Source: an uncultured Pseudomonadales bacterium (GTDB lineage: Bacteria > Patescibacteriota > Microgenomatia > UBA1400 > PJMF01). From it: 64,000 bases of DNA. This document shows, in pieces, positions 17,595 to 27,127 of this stretch. The DNA lies in assembly GCA_964650185.1 (NCBI GenBank), contig CAZYRN010000003.1, positions 2,025 through 66,024 of the forward strand, written 5' to 3'. Position 1 is the first letter of the stretch, and the number at the start of each line of letters is the position of its first letter. The notes below the pieces were generated by a model. That model was not told the origin of the DNA, ran no database searches, and saw only the letters and a program-made list of their open reading frames with translations. A program made the position numbers and the translations under genes.

Positions 17595-20588
17595 ATGCCA
17601 CAGACAAAAATTACGATTACTGGCGCCCGGGAACACAATCTTAAAGATATTAATGTTGAAGTCCCTAAGAACAAACTAGTTGTTTTCACTGGTTTATCTG
17701 GTAGTGGCAAAAGTTCTCTGGCATTTGATACTCTTTACGCCGAGGGGCAGCGCCGCTACGTCGAAAGTCTTAGCTCTTACGCTCGGCAATTTTTAGGAGT
17801 GATGAGCAAACCTGATGTTGATCAAATTGAAGGTCTGTCGCCGGCCATCTCCATAGACCAAAAAACCACTTCTCATAATCCGCGTTCAACCGTGGGTACG
17901 ATCACGGAAATTTATGACTATCTGCGGCTGCTTTATGCTCGAGTTGGACATCCGCACTGCCCTGAATGCGGCCAAGAAGTGGCTACCCAAAGTGTCGATC
18001 AAATTGTTGAGCATGTGCTGACAGAGCTAAACTCACGCACCATTAACGGCACACCCACTCGACTGATGATCTTATCGCCAGTCGTGCGTGATCGCAAAGG
18101 CGAGTTTAGCGGGCTAATCGATAATTTACAGAAAAAGGGTTATGTCAGAGCCAGAATTGACGGTCGCATTTACGATTTATCTCAAGAACTAAATCTGCTA
18201 AAAAATAATCGGCACACCATTGAAGCTTTGCTAGATAGACTAACAATTTCCAAAAAACAATTGCGCGATGACTCGTCCCGCCAATCTTTCCGTTCTCGTT
18301 TAGCTCAATCACTTGAGGAAGCACTGAAGTTATCAGATGGTTTTGTCGTCATTAGTTTTATTAATGATGACTCACTCGACTTTCCCGAGCAGCCCAAAAA
18401 TGTTGAAGATCGTTTATTTAGTGAAAAATTAGCCTGCAGCAACTGTGGCATCTCAATTGATGAACTAGAGCCGCGACTGTTTTCATTTAACGCACCGCAA
18501 GGAGCCTGTGAAACTTGTCATGGCCTGGGATCTTTACTCAAAATTGATGTAGAAAAGATTATCGCGACTGATTTATCGCTGAGTGAAGGGGCCATTATTC
18601 CCTTAGCCAGCCAACTAACACATGAAACCTGGTGGAGTAGAGTAGTAATGGCAGTAGTCGAGGCAGCTGGTTATGATTTTCGCTCAACAGCTTGGCACGA
18701 TTTTGATGAAAAAACTCAGCAGCAACTGCTCTATGGCACTGGCTCTAAAAAATACACCGTTTATGGTGAAAATCGACAGGGCAGACCCACTTCAATTCAT
18801 GAAACTTTTGCAGGTTTTGTGCCTGAATTGGAAAAACGTTATCAAGAAAGTGACTCGGATTATGTTCGGCACAAGATCGAAGAGTTCATGCAGAATGAAA
18901 CTTGTCCGGATTGTCATGGTGCCAGATTAAAAGAAGAAGCTTTAGCAGTAACAATTGAGGGCAAAAACATCGCGGATATTACTGGCTTGCCCATTGATCA
19001 ATCTTTAGCCTGGGTAAAACATCTGGCGGCAGAACAGATCCTTAGTCCCAAGGAACAGGTCATTGCTGATTCCATCTTAAGAGAAATCACTTCCAGACTT
19101 ACTTTTTTGTCCTCCGTTGGCTTAGATTACATCAGTTTACATCGAGAAGCAGCCACTTTAGCTGGCGGTGAGGCCCAACGAATTCGGTTGGCCTCTCAAA
19201 TTGGAACTGGTTTAACTGGCGTGCTCTACATTCTGGATGAACCAACCATTGGCTTGCACCAAAGCGACAACCACCGCTTAATCAAAACTTTAGAAAATCT
19301 GCGCGATAAAGGCAATTCAGTGGTAGTAGTTGAGCATGATCGAGACGTTATTCTCTCTGCAGACTATGTCATCGACTTTGGTCCGCTGGCTGGCAATCAA
19401 GGAGGGCAGATAGTGGCTCAAGGCACCCCCGCCGAAGTAATGCAGTCCAACACCTTAACCGGTCAGTACTTGTCTCGAAAAAAAGAAGTTACTCGCCATG
19501 GTCCTCCTCAGCAATCATCAGCTCAAACCAATGAACGTCGCTACATTGATCCTGACGAAGTAGCGGTCTCAATTAAAACTGAGCCAGTCATCAGATTAGA
19601 AGGAGCTAGCAAGCATAATTTAAAACAAATTGATGTGGAGTTTCCGCTGCGTAGCTTTACCTGCATTACTGGTCTTTCCGGTAGTGGTAAATCTACTTTA
19701 CTGCACGACACTTTGTATCATCAGTTAGCCGCTAACTTAGGTTATAAAACCAATGATAAGCCTGGTCACGTTGATAAAATCACTATTCCAGATGAAGTGA
19801 GAAAGATCGCTTTAATTGATCAAAGTCCGATTGGCAAAACGCCACGCTCCAATCCTGCTACTTATACTAAAGTTTTTGACTACATTCGCAAGATTTTTGC
19901 CAATACGCAAGAGGCCCAGATCAGAGGATTTAATGCTGGCCGGTTTAGCTTTAATGTTAAAGGCGGCCGCTGTGAAGCTTGCGCCGGGGATGGTCAGATC
20001 AAAATTGAGATGCAGTTTTTACCTGATATTTATGTCACCTGCGATGTCTGCGAAGGCAAGCGCTACAACGAAGAAACATTGCAAGTCAAATATCGAGATC
20101 TGACGATTCATGATGTCTTGAAATTAACTATTGAAGAAGCTTATGACTTTTTTGAGCATCACAGCACTTTACGTGAGAAGCTGAAAACTTTACTTGAGGT
20201 AGGCTTGGGCTATCTAGAACTCGGCCAGCCGGCCCCTACTCTCAGCGGTGGTGAAGCCCAGCGGGTAAAATTAGCCAAAGAACTTTCCGGTCGTCAGTAT
20301 GATCATGTGGTTTATTTACTTGATGAACCAACCACCGGTCTTCATTTTCATGATGTACAAAAACTGCTGAATGTACTGCATCAATTAGTCGAAAATAATA
20401 ACACCGTCATTGTCATTGAGCATAATTTAGATGTGATTAAAAATGCTGATTACCTGATTGATCTTGGACCCGAGGGTGGAGAAAAGGGCGGGCAAGTAGT
20501 TGCCACTGGCACTCCTCAGGAAGTGGCAGAATTAAGCGATTCTTACACCGGCCGTTACCTCAAAGCAGAGTTTAGTCAGGTGAAGTGA
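17595..20588 (+). CDS. uvrA: Excinuclease ABC subunit A
   Basis: Two ABC ATPase modules (GLSGSGKSSL twice; LSGGEAQR twice) and zinc-finger cysteine clusters (CPECG, CSNCG...CETCHG, CEAC...CDVCEG). 997 aa. Confidence 0.95.
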   Translation: MPQTKITITGAREHNLKDINVEVPKNKLVVFTGLSGSGKSSLAFDTLYAEGQRRYVESLSSYARQFLGVMSKPDVDQIEGLSPAISIDQKTTSHNPRSTVGTITEIYDYLRLLYARVGHPHCPECGQEVATQSVDQIVEHVLTELNSRTINGTPTRLMILSPVVRDRKGEFSGLIDNLQKKGYVRARIDGRIYDLSQELNLLKNNRHTIEALLDRLTISKKQLRDDSSRQSFRSRLAQSLEEALKLSDGFVVISFINDDSLDFPEQPKNVEDRLFSEKLACSNCGISIDELEPRLFSFNAPQGACETCHGLGSLLKIDVEKIIATDLSLSEGAIIPLASQLTHETWWSRVVMAVVEAAGYDFRSTAWHDFDEKTQQQLLYGTGSKKYTVYGENRQGRPTSIHETFAGFVPELEKRYQESDSDYVRHKIEEFMQNETCPDCHGARLKEEALAVTIEGKNIADITGLPIDQSLAWVKHLAAEQILSPKEQVIADSILREITSRLTFLSSVGLDYISLHREAATLAGGEAQRIRLASQIGTGLTGVLYILDEPTIGLHQSDNHRLIKTLENLRDKGNSVVVVEHDRDVILSADYVIDFGPLAGNQGGQIVAQGTPAEVMQSNTLTGQYLSRKKEVTRHGPPQQSSAQTNERRYIDPDEVAVSIKTEPVIRLEGASKHNLKQIDVEFPLRSFTCITGLSGSGKSTLLHDTLYHQLAANLGYKTNDKPGHVDKITIPDEVRKIALIDQSPIGKTPRSNPATYTKVFDYIRKIFANTQEAQIRGFNAGRFSFNVKGGRCEACAGDGQIKIEMQFLPDIYVTCDVCEGKRYNEETLQVKYRDLTIHDVLKLTIEEAYDFFEHHSTLREKLKTLLEVGLGYLELGQPAPTLSGGEAQRVKLAKELSGRQYDHVVYLLDEPTTGLHFHDVQKLLNVLHQLVENNNTVIVIEHNLDVIKNADYLIDLGPEGGEKGGQVVATGTPQEVAELSDSYTGRYLKAEFSQVK

Positions 20589-20827
20589 TAAAATACGCGC
20601 ATGACTTCCAGCCTATTAACTGAGCAAAGACGAACTGAGCTCGAGTCCTATCTTCCTATGTGGGCGGTGTTATTTGTAATTGCTTTTATTGAATTTGCGA
20701 GTGATTTACAAACAAGCCAATTTGCATTTTTCTAGGTTACGAAGGACCAGTTGTAGTCGAGGGACAAAATTTTTCAGAGCTAAGGAACTTTTTTGAGCAA
20801 CATGCTGGCGATGTCTATGAAACTATC

Positions 20828-21085
20828 ATGCTGTTTTTCTTGCTTCAAAACATCATTTATCTGATGAATAAATTTCTTAAACATCAAAAATTAGCAATAA
20901 TTACTAAGGAACAAAGTACTGCTCTTACTCTAGTCGCTTCATCGTTCATTATCACTTTTTTCGAGCTTGAAGGCATTTATAATACAGCTGATCCTCTCGA
21001 TCTACTGGGAGTTGGATTAGGAGCAGTTAGCATCTATCTGGCCTACAAATTATCTGGCATACTAGAGGCATCTACCCAGTCATAA
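20828..21085 (+). CDS. Hypothetical small membrane protein
   Basis: 85-aa ORF with two hydrophobic helices. No recognisable family. Confidence 0.3.
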   Translation: MLFFLLQNIIYLMNKFLKHQKLAIITKEQSTALTLVASSFIITFFELEGIYNTADPLDLLGVGLGAVSIYLAYKLSGILEASTQS

Positions 21086-21152
21086 TATAAGTTCTGCCCT
21101 TTTCATATAAAGAAACCTGATTTGCAAGCGATCTGGTTTATTGTAATATGAT

Positions 21153-23192
21153 ATGCTTAAGGACCTAATGATCGTCAATAATTTTCTGCCAAAAATACGC
21201 TCTCATCATCACTTGAGCTTAATCACTTTGCTTTTCACAGTTTTCACTCTGATAGTTATTTCCTTTTTCACGGATTTTCACGGAATTATTACAGGCTTAA
21301 GTAGTTTTCACGCATTTTCACAGAAACACTTTTCCTCAATAAGTTTAACAGCTCAAGCCCAAACTGAAACGCAGCCTAGTTCGGGGCTTTTCCAGACAAA
21401 TCTTACTACCACCGTCACTGTCAATGAAAATGGTCTGAGTCGAATTAAGCAAGATTTTGAAATAGTTAACCTCACGCCAACAAGTTATATCAGTCAATAC
21501 GGCTTAAAAATCAGCTCTAATCAGCTTAAAAATATCGTTGTCACCAGTGATGGTCAACTCATCGAACCAGAGATAAATTATCTTAATCCAAGCACAACTA
21601 GTGGTCCCGGACAAACCAGTATCGGCATTACTTTTGATGACAAAGTGGTAGGGGAAGGTAAGTCACGCCAATTTAGCATTTCCTATCTTCATCCAGATGC
21701 AGCTATTATTAGCGGCTCCGTGTTGGAAGTGTCGCTACCGCCTCAAGCCAACCCAGCAGACTACCAACAATATACCGTGCACTTGGTTACGCCTGCTCGT
21801 TTTGGGCCGCCGGTGAGAACTACCCCAGATCAGCATTCTTACACTACTCAAGACGATCAGGTAGTGACTACTTTTGAACAAAATGGCACAGCAGGGATTT
21901 TTGCGTTGTATGGCTCAGAACAAATTTTTGATCTGATGATAAATTATCACCTTGATAATGACACTAATAATCCTGGCATCTCTCAAATTGCCCTTGTCCC
22001 AGACACAGCATACCAGCGCGTTTATTATCACCAGCTAGATCCGCTCCCAGACCAAATGGAACTCGATCCAGACGGCAACTGGATTGCAACTTACCACCTG
22101 CCAGCGGGCAGTAAAACCACAGTAAAACTACAGGCAGCGGTCAAACTCAGTTTAGAACCAGCTGCTAACCTCCCCATAGCAGAACCAAACTCTACTCATC
22201 TGGCAGCTTTGCCATACTGGCCGGTAGATCAGGCGGAGATTAAAGAGTTGGCGGGTCAGCACCAAACTGCCGCCGCCATCAATGATTATGTGGTAAAAAC
22301 GCTCAGCTATAACACCCAGCGGGCGTTAAATAATCCCGAGCGAATGGGAGCGGCGGCGGCCCTCAATCAGCCCGACCAAGCAGTTTGTCAAGAATTTACC
22401 GATCTTTTTATCACCCTGGCTCGAGCTGCCAACATTCCGGCCCGCCGCATGACCGGCTATGCCTACACCCAAAACAGCGATCTGAGGCCACTGAGCTTAG
22501 TCGAGGATGTTCTACATGCTTGGCCAGAATACTATCATCAAGACTTAAAACAATGGGTGCCCATTGATCCCACCTGGGAAAATACCACTGGCGGCATTGA
22601 TTATTTCAGCCAAGTCGACTTAAGCCACATCGTCTTTGCTATCAATGGCCAGCACAGCGAGACTCCCTATCCCGCCGGTAGCTACAAGGCTGATGCGGCG
22701 GAAAAAACTGTTGAAGTTAATTTTGGTAGCAGCTTTCCTGAACTTAATGCCAGCGCCCTAACCACTTCCCAAGAACTGGTTCCCAGAAAAATCCTTGGCC
22801 TTAACATTCCGGGTCTTTACACACTCAAAATCACTAACCTATCTGGAGAAGCGGGTTACTATTTACCGATTGAGGTCAGCGCTCAACAAGTTCAAGTTGT
22901 TAAAACAAGAACTTCCGGCAATATCAAGGCATTGCTGCCTTTTCAAACGTTAGAAATTCCGTTACAGTTACAGGCCAGTTCAGGTTTCTTGCCCGAAAAG
23001 GATACAATAACAATTAGTATTAACCATGACAGTCAAACCTACCAAGTCACCAGCGGACCCAGACTCAGCGACTCCATCCCGCAGCCGTACCTCTTCATTG
23101 GCGTGGCTGCCATCCTGGTCGTCAGTACCCTCATCGCCGGGAGTGTACTGGTTTTTAGAAAACGACCAGGTTCTGTACGTCGGAAAAGCTAA
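21153..23192 (+). CDS. Transglutaminase-like (cysteine-protease fold) extracytoplasmic protein with membrane anchors at both ends
   Basis: N-terminal TM helix, large beta-rich ectodomain, and a transglutaminase core (CQEFTDLFITLARAANIPARRMTGYA ... HAWPEYY ... WVPIDPT) with Cys, His and Asp all present. C-terminal TM helix plus basic tail (RKRPGSVRRKS). Confidence 0.7.
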   Translation: MLKDLMIVNNFLPKIRSHHHLSLITLLFTVFTLIVISFFTDFHGIITGLSSFHAFSQKHFSSISLTAQAQTETQPSSGLFQTNLTTTVTVNENGLSRIKQDFEIVNLTPTSYISQYGLKISSNQLKNIVVTSDGQLIEPEINYLNPSTTSGPGQTSIGITFDDKVVGEGKSRQFSISYLHPDAAIISGSVLEVSLPPQANPADYQQYTVHLVTPARFGPPVRTTPDQHSYTTQDDQVVTTFEQNGTAGIFALYGSEQIFDLMINYHLDNDTNNPGISQIALVPDTAYQRVYYHQLDPLPDQMELDPDGNWIATYHLPAGSKTTVKLQAAVKLSLEPAANLPIAEPNSTHLAALPYWPVDQAEIKELAGQHQTAAAINDYVVKTLSYNTQRALNNPERMGAAAALNQPDQAVCQEFTDLFITLARAANIPARRMTGYAYTQNSDLRPLSLVEDVLHAWPEYYHQDLKQWVPIDPTWENTTGGIDYFSQVDLSHIVFAINGQHSETPYPAGSYKADAAEKTVEVNFGSSFPELNASALTTSQELVPRKILGLNIPGLYTLKITNLSGEAGYYLPIEVSAQQVQVVKTRTSGNIKALLPFQTLEIPLQLQASSGFLPEKDTITISINHDSQTYQVTSGPRLSDSIPQPYLFIGVAAILVVSTLIAGSVLVFRKRPGSVRRKS

Positions 23193-24429
23193 AGATTTAA
23201 AAAAGCGTCTCCGCCAGTACACCCAATTAAAGCGTCTGCCTACCAAGATTAAACGGATGGTTCACGAAGCAGCCACTGTCAAATGGCAGGAGTTGGAGAG
23301 TGAGTTTGAAGCACTGCTGATCGAAGCAGAGCTGATTCGCCTCCATCAGCCCAACTATAATTCATTGCTGAAAGATGATAAAAGTCCCATCTATCTGCAG
23401 CTCACCAATGAGATCTATCCTAGATTACTGACTGTCCGCAAGCGAGACTTAGATCACCGCCAACTTTCAGGCACAATCTTAGGTCCGTTTCCCAGCGCGT
23501 ATCGGCTGCGCGAGGTCTTAAAAATTGTCAGGAAGATTTTTCCCTGGTGCAACCAAGCAGGGCAGAGCAGTCGGCAAGAACTCGTCGGCAGTACAGCCTG
23601 TTTTTATTATCATTTAGATCAGTGCCCAGGCGCATGTGTGGGTGCGATCTCACCAGCTGATTATCGAGCTCAACTCCAACAATTGGTTTTATTTTTACGA
23701 GGTAAGAAAAAAACCGTTATCACCAATTTGGAACAAGAATTAAAATCCGCTGCCGAACAAGAAAAATATGAAATAGCAGCCGAGCTGCGTGACCGAATTC
23801 AATTAATTAAATCGGTCACGACTCAGCAGTATCAACTCAAACCATCATTGGTGCTGCCTCAACTAACAGGCCAATATCGCGAACAAGCTCTGTTGCATCT
23901 ACGCAAACTACTGTCCACCTATCTTTATCTGCCAAAAACTTATCCCTTATCGAGAGTTGAAGGCTATGATGTCAGCAATACTTCCGGCCAACTAGCTAGT
24001 GTCTCCATGGTGACGTTTGTCAATGGTCAGCCGGCTAAAGAACATTACCGGCTGTTTAACATCCGCACTCTTGATACCCCCAATGACTTTCAGATGCTAC
24101 AGGAAGCCGTTCTTAGGCGGCAAAATCACCCAGAATGGGGTGAGCCCGATCTACTTGTTATTGATGGCGGCAAAGGCCAGCTACGGGCCGCTCTGCAGGG
24201 CTGGTATTGGCCAGCACCAGTCATTAGCATTGCCAAAAATCCAGATCGAATTATTCTGCCCACCCAAATTGAGCGCCCCGAATCCGGCCGGCTTAAAATT
24301 AAATACCAGATCATTAGACTACCGGCCAACCACCCTACGCTGCACTTGATCCAACACATTCGTGATGAATCACACCGTTTTTCCAAAAAACAACATACTA
24401 GCCGTCGCTTGAAAAAGATGTTTAAATAA
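23098..24429 (+). CDS. uvrC: Excinuclease ABC subunit C (truncated form lacking the C-terminal HhH domain)
   Basis: GIY-YIG motif PGVYWFLENDQVLYVGKAKDLKKRLRQY, a Cys-rich UvrC middle region, and the RNase-H-like endonuclease region (IDGGKGQL, HIRDESHRF). The start is ambiguous: TTG at 23098 was chosen; GTG at 23140 and ATG at 23026 are alternatives. The N-terminus overlaps the upstream gene by 53-167 nt. Ends right after the endonuclease domain (~445 aa against ~600). Confidence 0.75.
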   Translation: MAWLPSWSSVPSSPGVYWFLENDQVLYVGKAKDLKKRLRQYTQLKRLPTKIKRMVHEAATVKWQELESEFEALLIEAELIRLHQPNYNSLLKDDKSPIYLQLTNEIYPRLLTVRKRDLDHRQLSGTILGPFPSAYRLREVLKIVRKIFPWCNQAGQSSRQELVGSTACFYYHLDQCPGACVGAISPADYRAQLQQLVLFLRGKKKTVITNLEQELKSAAEQEKYEIAAELRDRIQLIKSVTTQQYQLKPSLVLPQLTGQYREQALLHLRKLLSTYLYLPKTYPLSRVEGYDVSNTSGQLASVSMVTFVNGQPAKEHYRLFNIRTLDTPNDFQMLQEAVLRRQNHPEWGEPDLLVIDGGKGQLRAALQGWYWPAPVISIAKNPDRIILPTQIERPESGRLKIKYQIIRLPANHPTLHLIQHIRDESHRFSKKQHTSRRLKKMFK

Positions 24430-24433
24430 CAGT

Positions 24434-24799
24434 ATGGGATTTCTCAAAGCTGTTATAAACACCGGTCTCACCTTATTTATCTTGGCTTATTTTCTGCCTA
24501 CCGTCAGCTATATGGACTGGTCGACACTGATTATTGCGGCCATCGTCTTTACCCTGGTTCATAAAATTATTAAGCCAATTCTTAAGTTGCTCTTTTTACC
24601 CATTAACATCATCACCCTCGGCTTCTTCTCACTCGTTCTCAACGTGATTTTACTCTGGTTGGTCACTTATCTTGTACCCGGCTTTCGCATCGCTCCCATG
24701 GTAATTCTAGGAGTTGAGTTTAACCAATTTTTCTCTTTGCTCATCATCTCGGCTTTAATTGGTTTTATTCAGTCATTTTTGGGTATCTTTATCAAGTAA
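24434..24799 (+). CDS. DUF360 / YvlD-like (holin superfamily IV-like) small membrane protein
   Basis: 121 aa with 4 TM helices. Family-like motif LVTYLVPGFRI. Confidence 0.45.
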   Translation: MGFLKAVINTGLTLFILAYFLPTVSYMDWSTLIIAAIVFTLVHKIIKPILKLLFLPINIITLGFFSLVLNVILLWLVTYLVPGFRIAPMVILGVEFNQFFSLLIISALIGFIQSFLGIFIK

Positions 24800-24855
24800 A
24801 ACGCTCGGCCCAGCTGCCTGTACTTGTAGGGGTAGGATTTAGTATAATAATCCTC

Positions 24856-25800
24856 ATGAGAAAATTTTTGGCCAGCCTTCTAGTCTTGTTAAGTTTAACC
24901 ATAGCCGTTTCCACTCCTGTCGTGGCTCAGACTAATCTGCGGGTCAGTCCTTCACCAAGTCTATTAGATGAAGAGGCAACTGAGTCTGCAGATGCTACCG
25001 CCGAAGCTGAGCTAGCCACCGCCTCTGCTGAAACTGAGCAACGCATTCAAGAGAAAAAAGCTCGCGATATCACCGAACCGACTGTGGAGCAGAAAAGTAA
25101 ATTAGTCAGATATCTCGAGGAAAATCCTGTTGAAAATCCCTCTGTTACCAACGCCTTAGCGAGAGCCATTCGCAGTGCCGTTGCTGAAGGAGTCCCACCC
25201 AACGTCATCGTCTTAGTTCTACTGTTCCCCTTAGTCTCATCTTTTATTGCCGCCTCCAGACACGTCATTGGTCTCAGAGGTTTCGGCATTTACATTCCAG
25301 CCGTCTTGTCCGTAGCTTTAGTCTCAACCGGCATAATCGAAGGCACCGCTATCTTTTTAGCCATTGCCTTAGTCGCTTTACCAGCCAAGCGCATCTTGAT
25401 GAAATCTAGACTGCCATACTTGCCGCGGACAGCCATCTTATTGTGGTTTGTCTCTTTAGCAATTTTGGCCTTACTCTTGGCCGCACCACTTTTAGATCTG
25501 GTCTCACTGATGAGCGTCAACATTTTCCCCATCTTAATTTTGGTATTGTTGGCTGAAAACTTCTTAGACGCTCAAGTCAGAACTAAACCTAGTGACGCCA
25601 TGGCGCTGACACTAGAAACTTTAGGCTTAGCTTTCTTATCTGGCTTAATCTTAAAATGGGAAACACTGCAAAAGTTCGCCTTAATCGAACCAGAGCTACT
25701 CATTATTGCCATCCTGTTGTTTAACCTCATCATCGGCAAATTTGTCGGCTTGAGGTTTTCTGAGTACTTCCGCTTCAGAACGATGATGGAAGAGGAATAA
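24856..25800 (+). CDS. Signal-peptide 7-TM membrane protein (first gene of the 7TM / ATP-grasp / QEGLA cassette)
   Basis: Cleavable-looking signal peptide, a ~100-aa acidic ectodomain, then seven hydrophobic helices. Positioned immediately upstream of the RimK-like and QEGLA genes. Confidence 0.6.
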   Translation: MRKFLASLLVLLSLTIAVSTPVVAQTNLRVSPSPSLLDEEATESADATAEAELATASAETEQRIQEKKARDITEPTVEQKSKLVRYLEENPVENPSVTNALARAIRSAVAEGVPPNVIVLVLLFPLVSSFIAASRHVIGLRGFGIYIPAVLSVALVSTGIIEGTAIFLAIALVALPAKRILMKSRLPYLPRTAILLWFVSLAILALLLAAPLLDLVSLMSVNIFPILILVLLAENFLDAQVRTKPSDAMALTLETLGLAFLSGLILKWETLQKFALIEPELLIIAILLFNLIIGKFVGLRFSEYFRFRTMMEEE

Positions 25801-25837
25801 TTATCCCATCAAGAGCAGCAATAACTAGGCAACTATT

Positions 25838-27127
25838 ATGGCAATTAAACCCTCCCAAATTCTCGGGCACAACGGACGCAATCGCTACACTTCCATGAAT
25901 AGTCGCGAAGCTAAAAAATATGGTTTTTCTAAGTTAAGAACCAAAGAACTGCTGCGCCAGCATAATATTCCCACTGCCGAGTTGTATCATGTTTTTGAAA
26001 CTCCCGAAGATCTCAATCTAGTTTCTTGGGAAACTTTGCCCGTGCCTTTTGTGATTAAGCCTGCCAGTGGCAGTGCTGGTAAAGGGATTTGGATTATTAA
26101 AAAGAAACTCAAAGATCAATCGGTTTGGGTCAATGAACGCCAGGAACACCTAACTAAAGCCGATCTGGAACTGCATGTCTTAAACATTCTTGATGGTGAG
26201 TTTAGTACCTGGGGCAGTCAGCATCGAGCGTTGGTGGAAGAGATGATTCCTCCCCATCCTAAATTGGCTAAGATTTCTTATAAAGGCACCCCCGATATTC
26301 GGATTATCATTTTTAACTCCATTCCAGTCATGGCTATGGCACGGATTCCAACTGAAGAATCTCAAGGTCGAGCCAACCTGGATCAAGGCGCAATTGGTCT
26401 CGGCATCGATTTGGCCACCGGCATCACCATTCATGGAGTGAGAGGCAAGAAAACTGTTATTTCTAAACTGCCTGGGAAAAAAGGCCGAAAAGTGACCGGA
26501 ATAAAAATTCCCATGTGGAATAAAGCTCTGGAAATTGCAGTTAAAGCCGCCAACGCTGCTGGCTACACTTTTATGGGAGCTGATCTTTTTATTCATGAGG
26601 AAAAAGGACCAATGGTGGTGGAGCTGAATGGTTTTCCAGGTTTGTCAATTCAATTGGCTAATGATGCCGGTTTGAAAGCACGCCTAAAAAGGGTTGAGGA
26701 TGTTGAGGTGCTGAATGCTAAACATGGGGTCAAAATTGCTCAAGCTTTATTTGCCAAGATCTTTATTGATGAAAATACTGTGGAAGAAGGTCTGCAAATT
26801 TTATCCTACCGGCCAACCATTGAACTCTATGATGATCAAAACAAGCCCCACCAAGTTGAAGCATTGGTCAATACGAGCCGTTATCGATCTGCCATCAGCC
26901 AAGAACTAGCTGAAGAGCTTGGTCATTTTGATATTGAAGACTTGCTGTGGCGGCAAACTGAAATTGTTGAGGGCAATGTGCCAGTGGTGGAGATTCAAAC
27001 CAAGATCGGTGACCGACAAGTGACGACTGCGATGCTGGTCATTAAAAGACTGAACCGCACCCAACACAAAGTAGAGTTGGGCAGAAGAGATATTCAAGGC
27101 TTCTTAATTGGCGAAGGAGCACAATGA
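25838..27127 (+). CDS. RimK-like ATP-grasp ligase (alpha-L-glutamate ligase-related) with a ~140-aa C-terminal extension
   Basis: ATP-grasp motifs (FVIKPASGSAGKGIWII, EEMIPP, VELNGFPG). The C-terminal extension (residues ~290-429) has no clear family. Confidence 0.7.
   Translation: MAIKPSQILGHNGRNRYTSMNSREAKKYGFSKLRTKELLRQHNIPTAELYHVFETPEDLNLVSWETLPVPFVIKPASGSAGKGIWIIKKKLKDQSVWVNERQEHLTKADLELHVLNILDGEFSTWGSQHRALVEEMIPPHPKLAKISYKGTPDIRIIIFNSIPVMAMARIPTEESQGRANLDQGAIGLGIDLATGITIHGVRGKKTVISKLPGKKGRKVTGIKIPMWNKALEIAVKAANAAGYTFMGADLFIHEEKGPMVVELNGFPGLSIQLANDAGLKARLKRVEDVEVLNAKHGVKIAQALFAKIFIDENTVEEGLQILSYRPTIELYDDQNKPHQVEALVNTSRYRSAISQELAEELGHFDIEDLLWRQTEIVEGNVPVVEIQTKIGDRQVTTAMLVIKRLNRTQHKVELGRRDIQGFLIGEGAQ

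Noticed and set aside
23026-23133. A possible frameshift, or a transglutaminase-UvrC fusion, or uvrC starting at the ATG at 23026.
   Set aside because: The 36-aa S/P-rich leader from the ATG is just the alternate-frame reading of a TM-helix coding segment. An internal TTG/GTG start with gene overlap is more parsimonious. A sequencing indel cannot be excluded from the sequence alone.
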